Origin: the human T2T-CHM13v2.0 reference genome, Homo sapiens
Strand: one strand, 5' to 3'
NCBI RefSeq assembly: GCF_009914755.1
Contig: NC_060927.1
Length of the DNA stretch: 64,000 nt
Shown here: positions 1 to 16,180 of the stretch, one piece after another
Layout: every line of letters begins with the position of its first letter
How positions within the stretch are numbered: position 1 is the first letter of the stretch
Translations under genes and position numbers: made by a program
Notes under the pieces: generated by a model
What the model was told of the DNA's origin: nothing
Database searches by the model: none
What the model saw: only the letters and a program-made list of their open reading frames with translations

Positions 1-919
1 AAAGTTTAACTGGAAAATGTCTGCCTCAAAGGAAAACTCAATTTGAAGAACTTGCTCACAGCTTAGGGATCTCACTCAAGCCATTCTTACCCTTTCCCCT
101 TCTCTTTCCTTTCCTCTCCCACCCTCTCTTTCAATGCCGAACCCCAGAGGCCACGGGAGTGAGTCTTCACAAGGCGCATTAGTACATCTTGGGTGGTGCC
201 GAAAAGCAGGGATTACAAATGCTGGAGACAGTTTGGCAGCGGATGTGCCTCAACCCAGCTCTGCGGATTCCACATTCTTCCCCTGGAGGGGAGCCGTCGC
301 CGCGGTTGCCTGAAAGCCCATACTGCCAGCAGCCAGGGGTTCAGCAAATGCCTGGGGAGCTGAAGGGTTTTCTAGAAACCTGTCCAATCTCTGCCTCTTT
401 CTCTGGGGTTGCACAAGGATGTGCCAAACTCAACCCGTTTGATAGTTTTAAACGTGCCGCTTACATGTGTTTTTAATTTTTATGTAATAAAGGAATGAAT
501 GCTTCATAATTAAAGACCAGTTGGTGATTAAAATCAGTTTCGTTGATGACTAACAAACACAAATAAAACCTGATATAAATCTTTATGAGATCTGTGAGGC
601 CCACAGCAGCGACAGTTCCTCTTCTCCTGACCATGTTTTCTCTGAAGCAGCATGTCTCTCCACTTTCCCTCAGCTTTGTTTTGCCCTAGTAATTCTCTCT
701 GGCTTCTACAATTGCCTATCCTTTAACCTCCTGTTTTTGATTACCAACTCGTGTTTATTTTAAATGTAGTTACTCGCCAATTAAATAGAAATTAGCTACA
801 TTTAGAGACAGGGTTCCTGATTACTGCTTTTCCTTTGGCAACTGTTAATTCTTCTTTAGGCAATCCTGAAAGCAGAAATCCCAAGGTCCAGATCACCTTG
901 CCAGGGCACCTTAGGGTAG

Positions 920-1488
<569 letters not shown>

Positions 1489-1873
1489 CATCTTCAACTT
1501 TTGTTTTTTAGGGCAGCTGAAATCCATCTTCCTTTTCACCCAAACACTGATACAGCTGCCTGTTTGGGTGAAGGAGAGGCTCCCTTTCTGGGTTGGATAG
1601 AGCACATAGGCTATAGCAGTCAGCATCAGGGAACAGTCAACATGTAGCCTTCCTATTTTTAAATCAAAGCCATTGTGCTAATCACCCAGATAATCTGATA
1701 TGGATATCATTTATTCTAAAATGAGAACAAGAAACACATCTGTGACAGAATTCATTAGTGCAGTCCTTTTTCAGTCCCAACATGTGCTTCTGCAGATTGC
1801 ATATGTCTATATAAATTCTATAGGTTGTATTTCAATTTATATTGCTTCTTCATGAGGAAATGTCTTCTCCCGT

Positions 1874-2198
1874 TGCTGTGGTTTGAATATTTGACCCCTC
1901 CAAACCTCATGTTGAAATTTGAGCCCCAGCATTGGAGGTGAGGCCTGGTGGGAGGTGTTTGGGTCATGGGGGTAGGTCCCTCATGGGGGCAGGTCCCTCA
2001 TGGGGGCTCTCTTGCCATGTGAGCTCTGCATACAGCAGTTCCCCTTTGCCTTCCACCATGAGTAGAAGCAACCTGAAGTCCTCAACAGAAGCAGATGCTG
2101 GCACCATGATTCTTGTACAGCCTGCAGAACCAAAAGCCAAATAAACTTTTTTCTTTATAAATTACCCAACCTCAGGTATCCCTTTATAGCAACTCAAA
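1874..2198 (+). mobile_element. MaLR solo LTR, MST family (MSTB-like)
   Basis: Starts tgctgtggtttgaatatttgacccctccaaacctcatgttgaaattt; ends aataaactttttctttataaattacccaacctcaggtatccctttatagcaac; internal 18-bp tandem duplication at ~1964-2006. Confidence 0.85.
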
Positions 2199-2826
2199 GA
2201 TGCTTACAAGGGTCAATTAACTTGGTTTATAATAGCAAAAAGTGGAAAATTCCCTAAAGGCACAATAATAAGTGATTGGGATTGGTTAAATAAAGTAAAT
2301 TACATATTCATTTAATGAAATACAGTTTAGCCATTAAAAATGGAAAGAAAGGACTTACCACTCTATAGAGAGATAGAAGAGACATCACTCTTACACTTAC
2401 AATGAAAGTAACTGAGTTAACTTCAAATTCAGAACTTTCTTTGAACTTATCAGAGAGCTAAAGTGTCAGAACAAACAGGCTCAAAATCTGAAGGCACTGG
2501 GGTCAGCCTGATGCCTGAGGACACAGAATAGACTGGGTGTTGGAGCATCTTAAAAGTTTTGTCCACAATTTCCAGCCTGGAGACTGGGACCACGGGGGCT
2601 TGCATGGCACCAGGTTTCACTGGGGCAGGTCTGGTGCTGTTTTCCAAAGTTTCTTAGGGGAGCTGAAGGGTTTTCTGGAAACCCTCACTTAGCTGACCCT
2701 TACTCAGGTCAGCTTATTTCTTCCCCATCCCTTTCAGAGAAGTTATATGATTAATTTGTAGCATAGTAAAATGCATTTATCACAATCTGCATTCCATCTT
2801 TTCTCTTACATCCTGGTTGAGGTTTT

Positions 2827-3217
2827 GTTGTTGTTTTAATTTTACTTTAAGTTCTGGGATACATGTGCAGAAAGTGCAGGTTTCTTACACAGGTATACAC
2901 GTACCATGGTGGTTTGCTGCACCTGTCAATCCGTCATTTAGTTTTAAGCCTTCCCTCCCCTTGCCCAACAAGGGAGGGAGACAGGCCCCCAACAGGCCCC
3001 GGTGTGTGATGTTCCCCTCCCTGTGTCCATGTGTTCTCATTGTTCAACTCCCACTTATGAGTAAGAACATGGCAGTGTTTGGTTTTCTGTTCCTGTGTTA
3101 GTTTGCTGAGATTGATGTCTTCCAGCTTCGTCCATGTCCCTGCAAAGGACATGACCTCATTCTTTTTTATGGCTGCATAGTATTGCATGGTGTATATGTG
3201 CCACATTTTCTTTATCC
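2827..3217 (-). mobile_element. 5'-truncated L1PA (primate L1) 3' end with TSD
   Basis: tttactttaagttctgggatacatgtgcag... is the L1PA 3'UTR; the ORF2 C-terminus MWHIYTMQYYAAIKKNE is on the minus strand; TSD atcctggttgag at 2810-2821 and 3214-3225. Confidence 0.93.
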
Positions 3218-3655
3218 TGGTTGAGTTTTTAAAAAAATTTACATGTAATAAAATTCACTTCTTGTGGTACAGTTCTATCAGTGTTGGCAAATGCACAGAA
3301 CTGTACTATGGACCACTATAATTCTATACATAATAATTCCATGACCCCAAAGTTTCCTTGTGCTACTCCTTCATAGAAAACCCACCCCCCAACCCCTGAT
3401 CCGCTACCTACTCATCTGTTTTCCTCCCTATAGTTTTGCTTTTTCCAGAGTGCCATATGAATAGAATCAAACAATTCTGGGTCCAGCCTCTCAAAATGCA
3501 GGTAAGATTTATCTATGTTGCTTTGTGAATCAATAGTTCATTCGGGTTTATTGCTGGTGGCATTCCATTACATGTATGTACCACAATTTGTAGTACATCT
3601 AGGTTGTTTTCAATTTTTAAATTAGCTACAAATATTTACCTATAGGTGTTTGTAT

Positions 3656-4188
3656 TGTAGGAGACCAGAATATGCCACCTCAAATTATGCTTCTTTGGCA
3701 TATGGATTGTTTTGTGCTAATCATTTTGAGAAACTGTAGATGCAGAAGAAGATCTGAAAACAGAGCAGAAGTTACCCTTTTATAAAGGACATTTATGTCT
3801 ATAAAGGAAATCTCTATTTATAAGGGTGTCTCCCTATGTACTATGAAGAGAAGGATGACATTACATCACTAGGGACTCTTATCAATGGACAAGGCACCGG
3901 ACTTAAATCTGTGTAAGAAATCTTACCCTTGTTATCCTGCCTTCCTGGGCATCTCCTTATGTTTTTCCTTCCTCACATCCTTCCCTCTTTGTTTCAGTAG
4001 ACAATTGTATTTAAGCCTGAATTCAAAGCCACACCTTTGGGATTTACTTATTTCTCTGGGTATCTCCCATGTATACATAAGGTATACATGCTGTTAAATT
4101 TGTTTGTTTTCCTCTTGTTAATCTACCTTTCGTTATAGGAGTCTGTTCTAACTAAGAATTTGAAGGGTAGAGAGAATCCTCTCCTATA
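3656..4188 (+). mobile_element. ERV1-class solo LTR (MER34-like)
   Basis: Starts tgtaggagaccagaatatgccacctcaaattatgcttctttggcata, ends ctcctata; 4-bp flanks gtat/gttt; interrupts the L1M. Confidence 0.75.
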
Positions 4189-4465
4189 GTTTGCACATCT
4201 TTTCTATTGTTTTGGATATATAGCTAGGCATGAGATTGCTGGGTCGTATGGTAGGTATATGTTTAACTTTATAAGAAACTGCCAAACTGTTTCCCAAAGT
4301 GGCTGTGCCATTTTGCATTCCTACCAGCAATGTATATGAATTCCAACTGCTCAAAATTCTCACCAGCACTTCATATTGCCAGGTTTTAAAATTATAGCTA
4401 TTCAAATAGGCATGTTGTGGGTTTTTTGGTGTGGTTCTAATTTGTATTTCCCTAATGATTACTAA

Positions 4466-4809
<344 letters not shown>

Positions 4810-5101
4810 TAAATATGTTCTTTAGTAAAAACTCTGTTTCAATTTTTTGTTTTTAAAAATTGGGTTTTTTGTTTTCTGGTTGTTGAGTTTATGAGTTCTT
4901 TATATACTTTGGATATAAGTCCTTTGACAGATGTGATTTTAAAATATTTTCTCTCAGTTTGTGGCTTGTCTTTTTTATTCTCTTAAAGATCCAAAGTTTT
5001 TGCAGAACAAAAGTTTTTTTAAAAATTTAATACAGTTCATCAATTTTTTTCTTTCGTAAATCACACTTTAGGTGTCATATCTAAAACCTGTTTTCCTAAC
5101 T

Positions 5102-5342
5102 CAGGATTTCTCAACAGATGCAAAATTGACATTTTGGACCAGATAATTATTTGTTATGGGGACCTATCCTGTGCCTTGTTGGATGTTTAGCAGTATTCCC
5201 GGCCTCTACCCATCAATGCCTGTAGTGTGCATGTGTGCATGCATGTGCAAACACACATACACAGGCCACAATTATAACAATAAAAAATATTGCAGACATT
5301 GACAAATGTCTCCTGAACTACAAAGCTGAACTTTGTTCAGTG
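5102..5342 (-). mobile_element. MER20 hAT-Charlie MITE
   Basis: caggatttctcaac...ttgacattttggaccagataattatttgttatgggg...ggatgtttagcagtattcccggcctctacc matches the MER20 reverse complement; degenerate 8-bp TSD tcctaact/gcctaacc. Confidence 0.88.
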
Positions 5343-5366
5343 GCCTAACCCAAGGTCATACACACA

Positions 5367-5461
5367 TTGGCCAGGCTGGTCTTGAACTCCCAACCTCGTG
5401 ATCCGCCCACGTTGGCCTCCCAAAGTGCTAGGATTACAGGTGTGAACCACTGCGCCCGGCC
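5367..5461 (-). mobile_element. Alu fragment (5' ~95 nt only)
   Basis: ttggccaggctggtcttgaactcc...gattacaggtgtgaaccactgcgcccggcc, with no right arm or tail. Confidence 0.92.
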
Positions 5462-5600
5462 TGCCTTTCTCCTGTTTTTTTCTCAAAAAAGTTTTATGGT
5501 TTTATGCTTTATGTTTAGGTCTATGATCCATTTTGAGTTAATTTTATATGAGATGTGAGATATAGACTGGGGTTCTTTTTTGTCTTTTTAGTATATGGAC

Positions 5601-5940
5601 TGCTATGGTTTAAATGTTTGTGTTTCTCCCAAAATTTACAAGTTGAAATCCTAACCCTCAAGGTGATGGTATTAGGGGGTAAGGCTATGACAGGTGGTTA
5701 GTTAATGAAGGTCCTTATAAAAGGGAACCCAGAGAGTTCATTGGCCTTTCTGCCATGTGAAGACACAGCGAAATAATGGTTGTCTATGGACTACAAAGCC
5801 GGCATTCCCTAGACAGTACATTTTCCCACACCTTGATCTTGGAATTTCCAGCTTCCAGAACTGTGAACAATAAATTTCTATTGTTTATGAGCCACCCAGT
5901 CTATGATATTTTGTTATGATAGCCCAGATAGACTAAAATG
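5601..5940 (+). mobile_element. MaLR solo LTR (MLT1A-like)
   Basis: tgctatggtttaaatgtttgtg...aataaatttctattgtttatgagccacccagtctatg...gactaaaatg; perfect 5-bp TSD tggac at 5596-5600 and 5941-5945. Confidence 0.88.
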
Positions 5941-6846
5941 TGGACATTCAGTTGTTCCCAGGCCATTTATTTGAAGAGACTTTCTTCTCTCTATTGACTT
6001 GCATTTGTATCATTGTCAAAAATCAGTTGACTGTATTTATGTGGGTTTATTTCTGGTTTCTCTTCTCTGTTCCATTGATATATGTATCTGTTGTTTCTAC
6101 ATTACCACAGTCTTCGTTACTGTAGCATTACAATAACACTTTAAATTAGGGAGCCCTTCAACATTATTTGTTTTCAAAAATTTTTGGCAAGTCTAGTTCC
6201 TTTGCCTTTCTGTATAAATTTTTAAACCAGCAGTCAACATCTACATAAAAGGCTGCTGGAATTTTGATTGAAATTTCACTGAATCAGTATAACAAATTGG
6301 GCAGAATTAACATCTATCTTAACAATACTGAATCTTCTCATCTATGAACATGGTATATTTCTCCACTTATTTGGATCTTCTCAGATTTTTTCTTCAGTGT
6401 TTTGTACTTTTCAACATACAGATCCCACATAATTTGTTTCAGTTTTATACTTATGTGATTTTTTTGTGCTATTATAAATGGTATTGTTATTTTAATTTTG
6501 AATCCCAATTTTCCTGCTATTATATAGAAATACCATTGATTTGTATGCGTTGACTTCATATCCTGAGACTTTATTAAATTCATTAGTTAGTTCCAGGAAG
6601 TTGTGTGTAAGTTGTTTAGAAATATCTATATAGGAAATCTACATAGTTATGTTATCTGCGAATAGAGCTGACATCCCCTTTATTTCTATGTCTTGTCTTA
6701 TTATAATGGCTAGTATTCCCAGGGTGATATTAAATGCAAATTGTGAAAGAAGATACCTTTGCTTTGTTCTCCATCTCCAGGAAAAGGTCTTCAGTCTTTT
6801 ACCATTAAGTGTGATGTTGTGATGTTAGACGTAGATTTTTTTGTAG

Positions 6847-7298
<452 letters not shown>

Positions 7299-7429
7299 TA
7301 ATCTGTTAATAGCTTACAATGATTGATTTTTTTAAAAGTTGAACCAGTCTTACATTCCTTAGATCAATGCCACTTGGCAATGGTGTATTATCTGTTGTAT
7401 ATATTAAATTTTAATTTTAAAAATTAAAA

Positions 7430-7640
7430 CATACATATACATATAAATATTTACAGAAAATTTACAGAAATAGATATATAGATAGATCTATGTGTATGAG
7501 TTAGTGTGTATACAATATGTGTTTATATATGTATATATGTATGTATATATATGTATATATGTGTATATATATCTATGTGTATGATTGTGTATATATACAC
7601 ATACACACACACGCAGAGATATATATCTGCATATATCTCC
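7430..7640. repeat. (TA)/(TG)/(CA) degenerate microsatellite
   Basis: gtatatatgtatgtatatatatgtatatatgtgtatatat...acacacacac. Confidence 0.9.
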
Positions 7641-8310
7641 AAGCTGTATCCACTGAAAGGAGTTAGAAACAATGATATCTCAGTTAAAAGGAGAGCACCT
7701 AACTCCTAATGATACTGGTTTCTAAATACTGTCCTCCAACAATAGGAACCAGGAATCACTGGAGAACTATCTGATTCTAGGGCTGGGGCAATGAAATAAA
7801 TATGAGTCTGGATATCTTGTGGTGTTTTTCAATGTAAGGAAATTTAAAAAAAAAATAAAAAGAAAAAAACATAAAAAATGTGCAGGAACCAATCTGAAAA
7901 AGCTCCCATGAAAGAATTTGAGCAACAAAATAAATAATAAGAGTACAATGTTAGTTTGTAACTAAAAGAATGAGTACAATGTTAGTTTATAACTAAAAGA
8001 ATAAATTAAATATCCATGATCCCACAAATAAATGAATAAATGATTAAATAAATACATAAGTGGGAGAAAAGGAAAGCTCTTCTTTAGAAAAGAATCTCAG
8101 TTATTATAAATATAGAAGGCCTGGGGAAAATACAAAAGTACCATTAAACCCCATAGTAACCATTGCTGCAGGTTAAATCCTCCAAGGATGCTAAAAAGAA
8201 TGGGTGAATGTTTAAGTAGAAACAGAATTGTGCATAGTCTCCAAGTATCTCTGTACTACTTTTTATGACTCTTCTTTAACTTCAAAACTATTTCTAAATA
8301 AAAATTAAAA
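7640..8310 (+). mobile_element. L1MC-type 3' end fragment
   Basis: ctccaacaataggaaccagg...ctgattctagggctggggca; ends ctgtactactttttatgactcttctttaacttcaaaactatttctaaataaaa. Confidence 0.65.
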
Positions 8311-8914
8311 TATAATAAGGGAGAGAATACTTAGTGATGTGGAAAAATGTTTATGATCTATTACATTTTAAAAAGCCATTAGATTCCAATTTTATGCACC
8401 TACACACTTATACACACATGAACACACAACTAATTAAAAAAATTAAAATTTGATTTAAAATAGCTTAAACCAAAATGTAAGACATAGGTATCTCTTGGTG
8501 GTAGCATAGAGTGCAATAGTAGTGATTTCAGTTTTATAGCATCATTATTATTATTATTGCTTATCAAATATTTTCTAAAATTTTCTATCATGACCATGCG
8601 TTCATATTAGAATAAAAAATATATTTAAAACATTCCTGGAGGATATGTTTCATGCTTCATATTCTGCATTGTGTTGAAAACAATAGTGGGTGCTGTCAAA
8701 GTGAATTGTTGAATTGAAGCAGTGCCTTGTTATTTTCTTTTGCAAAATAGATCATCATCCACCTAATTTATATTTGTATACAGAACCTATCTTAGTGCTT
8801 TGGATAAAATACTCAGTAATAGTTGAGTTATAAATATAGGTTTTGCTCTATTTAAGTTAGTATGAAGTTAAGAACATCTGGAAAAATAACATGTATAGCA
8901 TCTGATAAATAGAA

Positions 8915-9290
8915 ATCACAGAAAACATTTAGTGCTAAACATTATCCTAAGCACTTTACATATCTTAATTTATTCAATCCTTAGCACAACGCAGAGGGGC
9001 AAGGATAGTACTATTACCCTCATTTTACAGATGAAGAAACCAGGGCACAGAGATTAAGTAATTTGCACAAGGTCACACAGCTATAGCAAGTGGCAAGCAG
9101 TGATATAAAGCACTTCTACATTTATTGTTATTTAACTTCTCACAGCAACTCATTGAGTTAGGTGTCTTTATCTCCAATTGTCAGATGAAGAAACTGAAGC
9201 TCAGAGAAGTAAGTGACTGGCCTAACTGAAAGTGTCAGGGCTGGGACACTTGACCTCAAAACCCTTGCTGTTTCAGCTATAACATGCTGC
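8915..9290 (-). mobile_element. Two adjacent MIR SINE fragments
   Basis: MIR core cattttacagatgaagaaac...gcacagagattaagtaatttgcacaaggtcacacagcta; second core cagatgaagaaactgaagctcagagaagtaagtgac. Confidence 0.85.
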
Positions 9291-12200
9291 CTCATGCATT
9301 AACATGAAGTGGGCAAACCAAAACAGGATATTACCAGAGAGCTGTCAAGACACATCTCCAGTGGAGAACTCCACATGTGGATTAGTTCTTTCCCAAGTCT
9401 GCTTAAATTTCACACCATCCACCTACATGTTTTTTTTTTTTTTTTCCCTACCAGCTGAGAATGGTGACATTTCTTCTTCTCTGGTCTAAATCAGAAAAAC
9501 TTGCAGCACTACAACCACCAGAGAAGGTATATATTAGCTTACAGAGGTTTTTTTCCCCCTCTTCCTTAATTTAAAGAGGCAGAAAAAAAAAGAAAGATAC
9601 AATCCTGCTTCCATTCCTGTCTGTGAGAAAGTGACTGTGGGCATTCTCAGGCAAAAAATAAAGTAACTTCATTTTTAGAGTAAATGCCCTGTTGACAAGT
9701 TGGCAGGGCTGCCTTGTTTGGAAAAGAATGTGCAGAAAACTCAAAGGATAATTAGTGTGTGGTAGCCTAACAGCATGCAGCAGGGCTGTAACGTGTCTGG
9801 CAGAGGCAGATGTGGCCACACAGTTCATTAACGCTGTAAAGTTTGTTTAATTCCAGTTGGGGTAATTAGAGAAGGCTCTAGAACCTGCCTAGAGCTCCAA
9901 AATAGACTCTGATCTCAGCAGCAGTGGGGTGGATCTAAGCCACCACAGTGGGCCCCAGGAGATTAGAAGATTAGAATTCCTCACAAACCCATTTGCTTTT
10001 CTTTGACAATCATCTCTGCATTGGCCATGATGACAGAGGGGAGGAACAGCATGATGGTCACAATAAAGGAGAATTTTTAAACTGGCTTTAAAATGCACGC
10101 TATGATGATTCCATTATTTAGCTTATCTCTTAACTTATATTTTGCTTAAGTGTCCATTAAAATCACAGGAGTTTCTCATTTTTATAGAGTGAATAAATTT
10201 TAGTAAAATTGTTTATGAAGTAATTTTTCTATTAATGTAGTTTTGTCTTTCTAACAATTTCTTTTAAGAAAATTAAAGCTGTTCCATTGGAGAAAAAAAT
10301 TAGCTAGGTAATATTGGATGTTTTGTTTATAAAAATGCTTGATAGGCCTTTGAGAATTGTATCACTTTTCTGATTTTTCTCCTATCCTTACTTTCTTTTT
10401 TCTCCCTTCTTTTCATATTGCTCTTCCTCAGACCATGGAAATCACACCTGTGCCCAAGATTCTCTGTCTCCACATTCACAACTCTTGAAATTCAGCTCTG
10501 ATAGATCTCTTTCTGCTTGTGTATTTATACTGCCCAACAGAGCTAGGATGCACTATTACACATAGCCAATAGATGCCGCTTTAAAATATGAAGGAGCCCC
10601 GACTTGATGTATCCACTTAGTAATTCTCTCGTGCAAATGAGTATTGCATTTTATAAGTTCATTGGACCTGAAAAATCTATCACATGAATTTGTTTATAAT
10701 GCTACACTTGCAGTGTATACTTTCTGATCCTAGCAACTGATGTGAGGGAAGCAATCCAGCTATGCTGAGCAAATAGGGAAAGCTGAGCTGCTGCTAGATA
10801 TTTTTCAAAAGTTTTCCTCTATGTGGTTAACTGGCCAATAGAAAACCAAGTGGCTTTGAGTCTTTTTAAAAAAAGTAAATAAGAACAGATTTTTTTTTCT
10901 AGGTTACATGTGTAGTCTGTCAGAGAACACAACTATTTGCCAAATTCCTATAGCCCCTGTCTTTAGCAGAAGAAAGAGAACATGTGTGGCTTTTGTTTAT
11001 AGCTGTAGGTCAGTGTGGTGTGTCACTGATCTGATCAATGCTACCATGTACCCTGGGCATGACTCCAGCCTCCCAGCAAAGGATTGCTGTATCTTTCCAG
11101 GATTTGCATTGAGACATTACGTATGTTTTCTGTCTCTCTTTTTACCTGTCTTTTCCTGACTGCCTAGGAGGGGTAAACTTGCTTCACTTACCCATCCATC
11201 ACCCATTTGGACTCCCACATCTATTTTTCTATGGAGTAAGGCAAAAATAATTGTGAGACTTCTCTCCTACCACTTTAGAGGAGTGGTGACCAACATCCCC
11301 AACAGAAAGCTTATTGTTGGTACCATGCCCAGTCCGGCTTCTTATCCCTGGTGAAACTGAGTAGTTCAATGAGAACAAGATATTACCCAAAGCCAGCTCC
11401 ATTCAGCAAATGGTGTAGGCTTGCTGGCTTTGTTTCCTCAGCTCTGGAGTTCATCACACCATAAACCACAGGGACTTTGTAGGCATGTTATTGTATTAGC
11501 ACCATACGGAGACTACTCATGGAACTCACATGCAGAGTGTGTGATGTCAGAGAAGTTGACACGAATCCAAATTTTGTGCAGCTGTTAGACACAGATGTTT
11601 CATTTCATTTTTTATGTCAGCACCATCCCAATAAATCCACTGATCGTGAGATTAAAAAGTAAAGAAAGCTCTGTGTGCTTACACATGTTTCAGAGCCAGG
11701 AAGCTCTATACCACTTATATGCAGATGTACACTCACTACCAGGGGTCACATCAGGCTATGGCTCTCATACTCATAGAAGGACAAACATAGCTGTGGAAAT
11801 CAATAGGAAAGCAAATGCAAGAGGACAGTAGCCTTCACTCAAATCAGAAACTATTATCTAGAATCAGATGCACTCTTTGCAATAGGTGCCTGCAAAGGAA
11901 AATTTCAGGGTGGACATCACAGTTTCTTCAAAAGACATTTGATAAAAATCATTTATTAAAATGAATTGGCTTCTGAAAAGTCTTGGCTAATAAGTCTCCC
12001 TGACTCTACCTTACAAGGCTGTCTTGGGTTTGCCTTCATCGGGGCAAGATATATCACTGTCTTTTACCAGTAAAAGAAAACCTTCAAAGATTGCCACCCA
12101 AATAATACTCATATTCAAAAACAAATAGCTCTCAATGTTTCCTTGGATTTTAGAAGGCTACACACATGTTTTTAAATGCCTGGATTTTTAATTTATATGT

Positions 12201-12866
12201 ATTTATGACTCCCCATAATATGACTAGATGTGTTATTTAAAAATAAATGCTGAGACTGGATTTTCTGTTCTTCATTTTGGATAGGTTGTGGTTCTTAATG
12301 ACTTCATAAAGAAATAGAACTTTGGGGATAAAAAAAAGAGGGCAAGAATTCTCTGCTTTTCTGGACTGGTGTGGGCACACTTTCTGGCCCCAAATTACGA
12401 CTTTGTTTCAGGTTTTTTTCTCCGTCTTTGCCTCATCCTTATCACCTCACTCCAGGGACTTTTACAGTCATCTTCTTGCATTGTGAGATGGCAGAGTAAA
12501 GCCTTGCACACATATTGCCCTGTCTGAAAGTGGCTCATGCACAAGAAACATGTGGAATTGTTTGTTTGACTTGTCTCCCCTCCCCATCATGTTTTGTTGT
12601 ACTTTTTTTTTTTTAATCGGAGAAAACAAAACAAAACTACTCCAGCTTATCTTCTGAAGAAGATAGAAAACATTCAACTGCAATATGCTGTGAACATTTT
12701 AGGGCATGCTTCTCATTTCAGATGCATGGCGTGCCTAGCTACTTAAGACAGAAAATCCCCTGCTGTGTTCTCTAGGCAGGCACTAGAGCAGATTTTGTGA
12801 GATGCTGGACTCAGTTTAGACTCTGGCTCTTAATGCTCAGTCATTAAACTGCCATAGGAGATGTAA

Positions 12867-13384
<518 letters not shown>

Positions 13385-13628
13385 AACTTCAAAGATTCTT
13401 GAAACTCTCTGGACCTGGTAAAAGATGCTAAAGGTCTCAGGGTCCCTTTTGAGTACAATGCTGGCCAGACTGTCATAACTCAGGGGAGGGAACTCATGTA
13501 ACAGCCCATGCCTGACAAGAAACTGCTGGAAATTCTTACCTAGGAAAATCAGAAGGTTTGCATGGAGGCCTCATGACAATCATAACAATTACACAAATGC
13601 CTCAAGTCGTGAAAGCTAAACCTTGTGA

Positions 13629-14168
<540 letters not shown>

Positions 14169-14950
14169 TGTACTCTTATATTATTGCTGTTTTCTATATC
14201 CCTCACTCTCAACACCTCATTCCCTGAAAAGATAACTCATCTTTGAGTTGAAAAAGAAATCCATTAACTCTTTCACTGCAGAAAATCCTCTAGACTGTTC
14301 CTACCAAGGTAATGAGAGACTTAATGATCAGATAGTCAAACACATGTGATGAGAATACATAAAATTTATAGGTGGACTAACCAAACTCCTTTTTGGCTTT
14401 ATCCCAAATAGGCAGTTTATATGTCTGATAATCTAATTTACCAAGAAATATTTATTTCAAATATTTGATCATAATTTTTTGTTCTCTTATCCTTCCAGTA
14501 TTTTAATTATGCATATATTACCCCTTTTGATATTGTCCACAGTTCTTCATTGTTCTGAGTTTTTGAGATTCTTCTTCCTCTTTGTGCTTCAATTTGGGAA
14601 GTTTCTATTTAAACTATGTTCAAATGCACTGATTCTTTTTTTTCTTCAGCTATGTCCAGTAGGTAAACCTGTTGAAGACATACTTCATTTTTATTACAGT
14701 TTTCCATTTCTAGTATTTCCTTTTGTTTCTTATATTAATAGTTTCTATCTCTCTGCTGACATTATCCATTTGGTGTTACATGCTGTTTATTTTTCCATTT
14801 GAGCCCATAACATAAATCAGTAATTTTAAATTCCTTGTGTGATAATTCCAATATCTGTGTCTTATCTGATTCTAGTTCTGATGATCTCTCTGTCCCTTCT
14901 TCTGGCTGTCCCTTTCTTATCTTTTAGTGTGCCTTGTGATTTTTTGTTGA

Positions 14951-15271
<321 letters not shown>

Positions 15272-15815
15272 AATATTATGTATTTCTAATAGGTACTGAA
15301 GTAAACAGGCCTTTGGTGTGAGGATTTATGTTAATCTGGCCTGGAGTTGGGTTGTGTTTAATTATTGTTGTAGCTGTAAGTTCCAGAGGCTTCAAATTCC
15401 TCTAGTGTCCTTGTTTTTTTCCTCTCTCTTGCCTTTGTGGTTCCCTTTGTATTGCCACTCAGAAAGAGTCTAGATCATGCAGTTCTTTCAACTGTAATCC
15501 ATTGAAAGTATATTGATATGGTGGTAAAGTATGGAGGAGGGGAGATGTTCTATAATCTTCTAATTAAGTCTCTCTCTTTCAGTGGGCCTATGTCTCAGGG
15601 CTGTGGCCTTCACAAGTGTTTCTGTCCCTCTTCCCTGATATAAGATCCCACATCACCCGACCCCTCCTTCTCCTACCATACTCTATTCCTAGTGCCCTAC
15701 TATGTTTGTTTTGGTTTTCCTTTTGTTTCTTTTAGGTTAGACAGGAAGGCTAGTAAGTGGAGTAGGGTGACAATCCACTCCACCAGGTGGAATAAGGCTT
15801 CAGTATTGCCCTATA

Positions 15816-16180
15816 AAGTAGTCTTCACTTATTTGTGGCTGATACCTTCCAAGAACCCCAGTGGATGCCTAAAACCTCAGATAGTACTGAACTCTACATA
15901 TGCTATGTTTTTTTTTCCTATGCACCTGTGGTAAAGTTTAATTTCTGCATTAGGCACAGTAAGAGATTAACAATAACTAATAATGAAATAGAAAAATTAT
16001 AATGACATACTGTAATAAAAGTTATGTGAATGTGATTTCTCTCTGAAAATATCTTTACAGTATAGTATAGTGTACTATACTATACTATACTATACTATAC
16101 TATACTATACTATACTATACTATACTACAGGTAACAAACCATGAAAAGCAAAACTATGGATAAGTGGGGGGAGACTATTG
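15816..16180 (+). mobile_element. MER44-like (TcMar-Tigger) MITE containing a (CTATA)n array
   Basis: Termini aagtagtcttcacttatttgtgg / atggataagtgggggggagactattg flanked by TA; internal gataccttccaagaaccccagtggatgcctaaaacc. Confidence 0.85.

Noticed and set aside
189-476. 95-aa ORF and short CpG-enriched patch as a promoter or first exon
   Set aside because: TTG start, no recognisable homology, and the CpG patch is too short to call an island.
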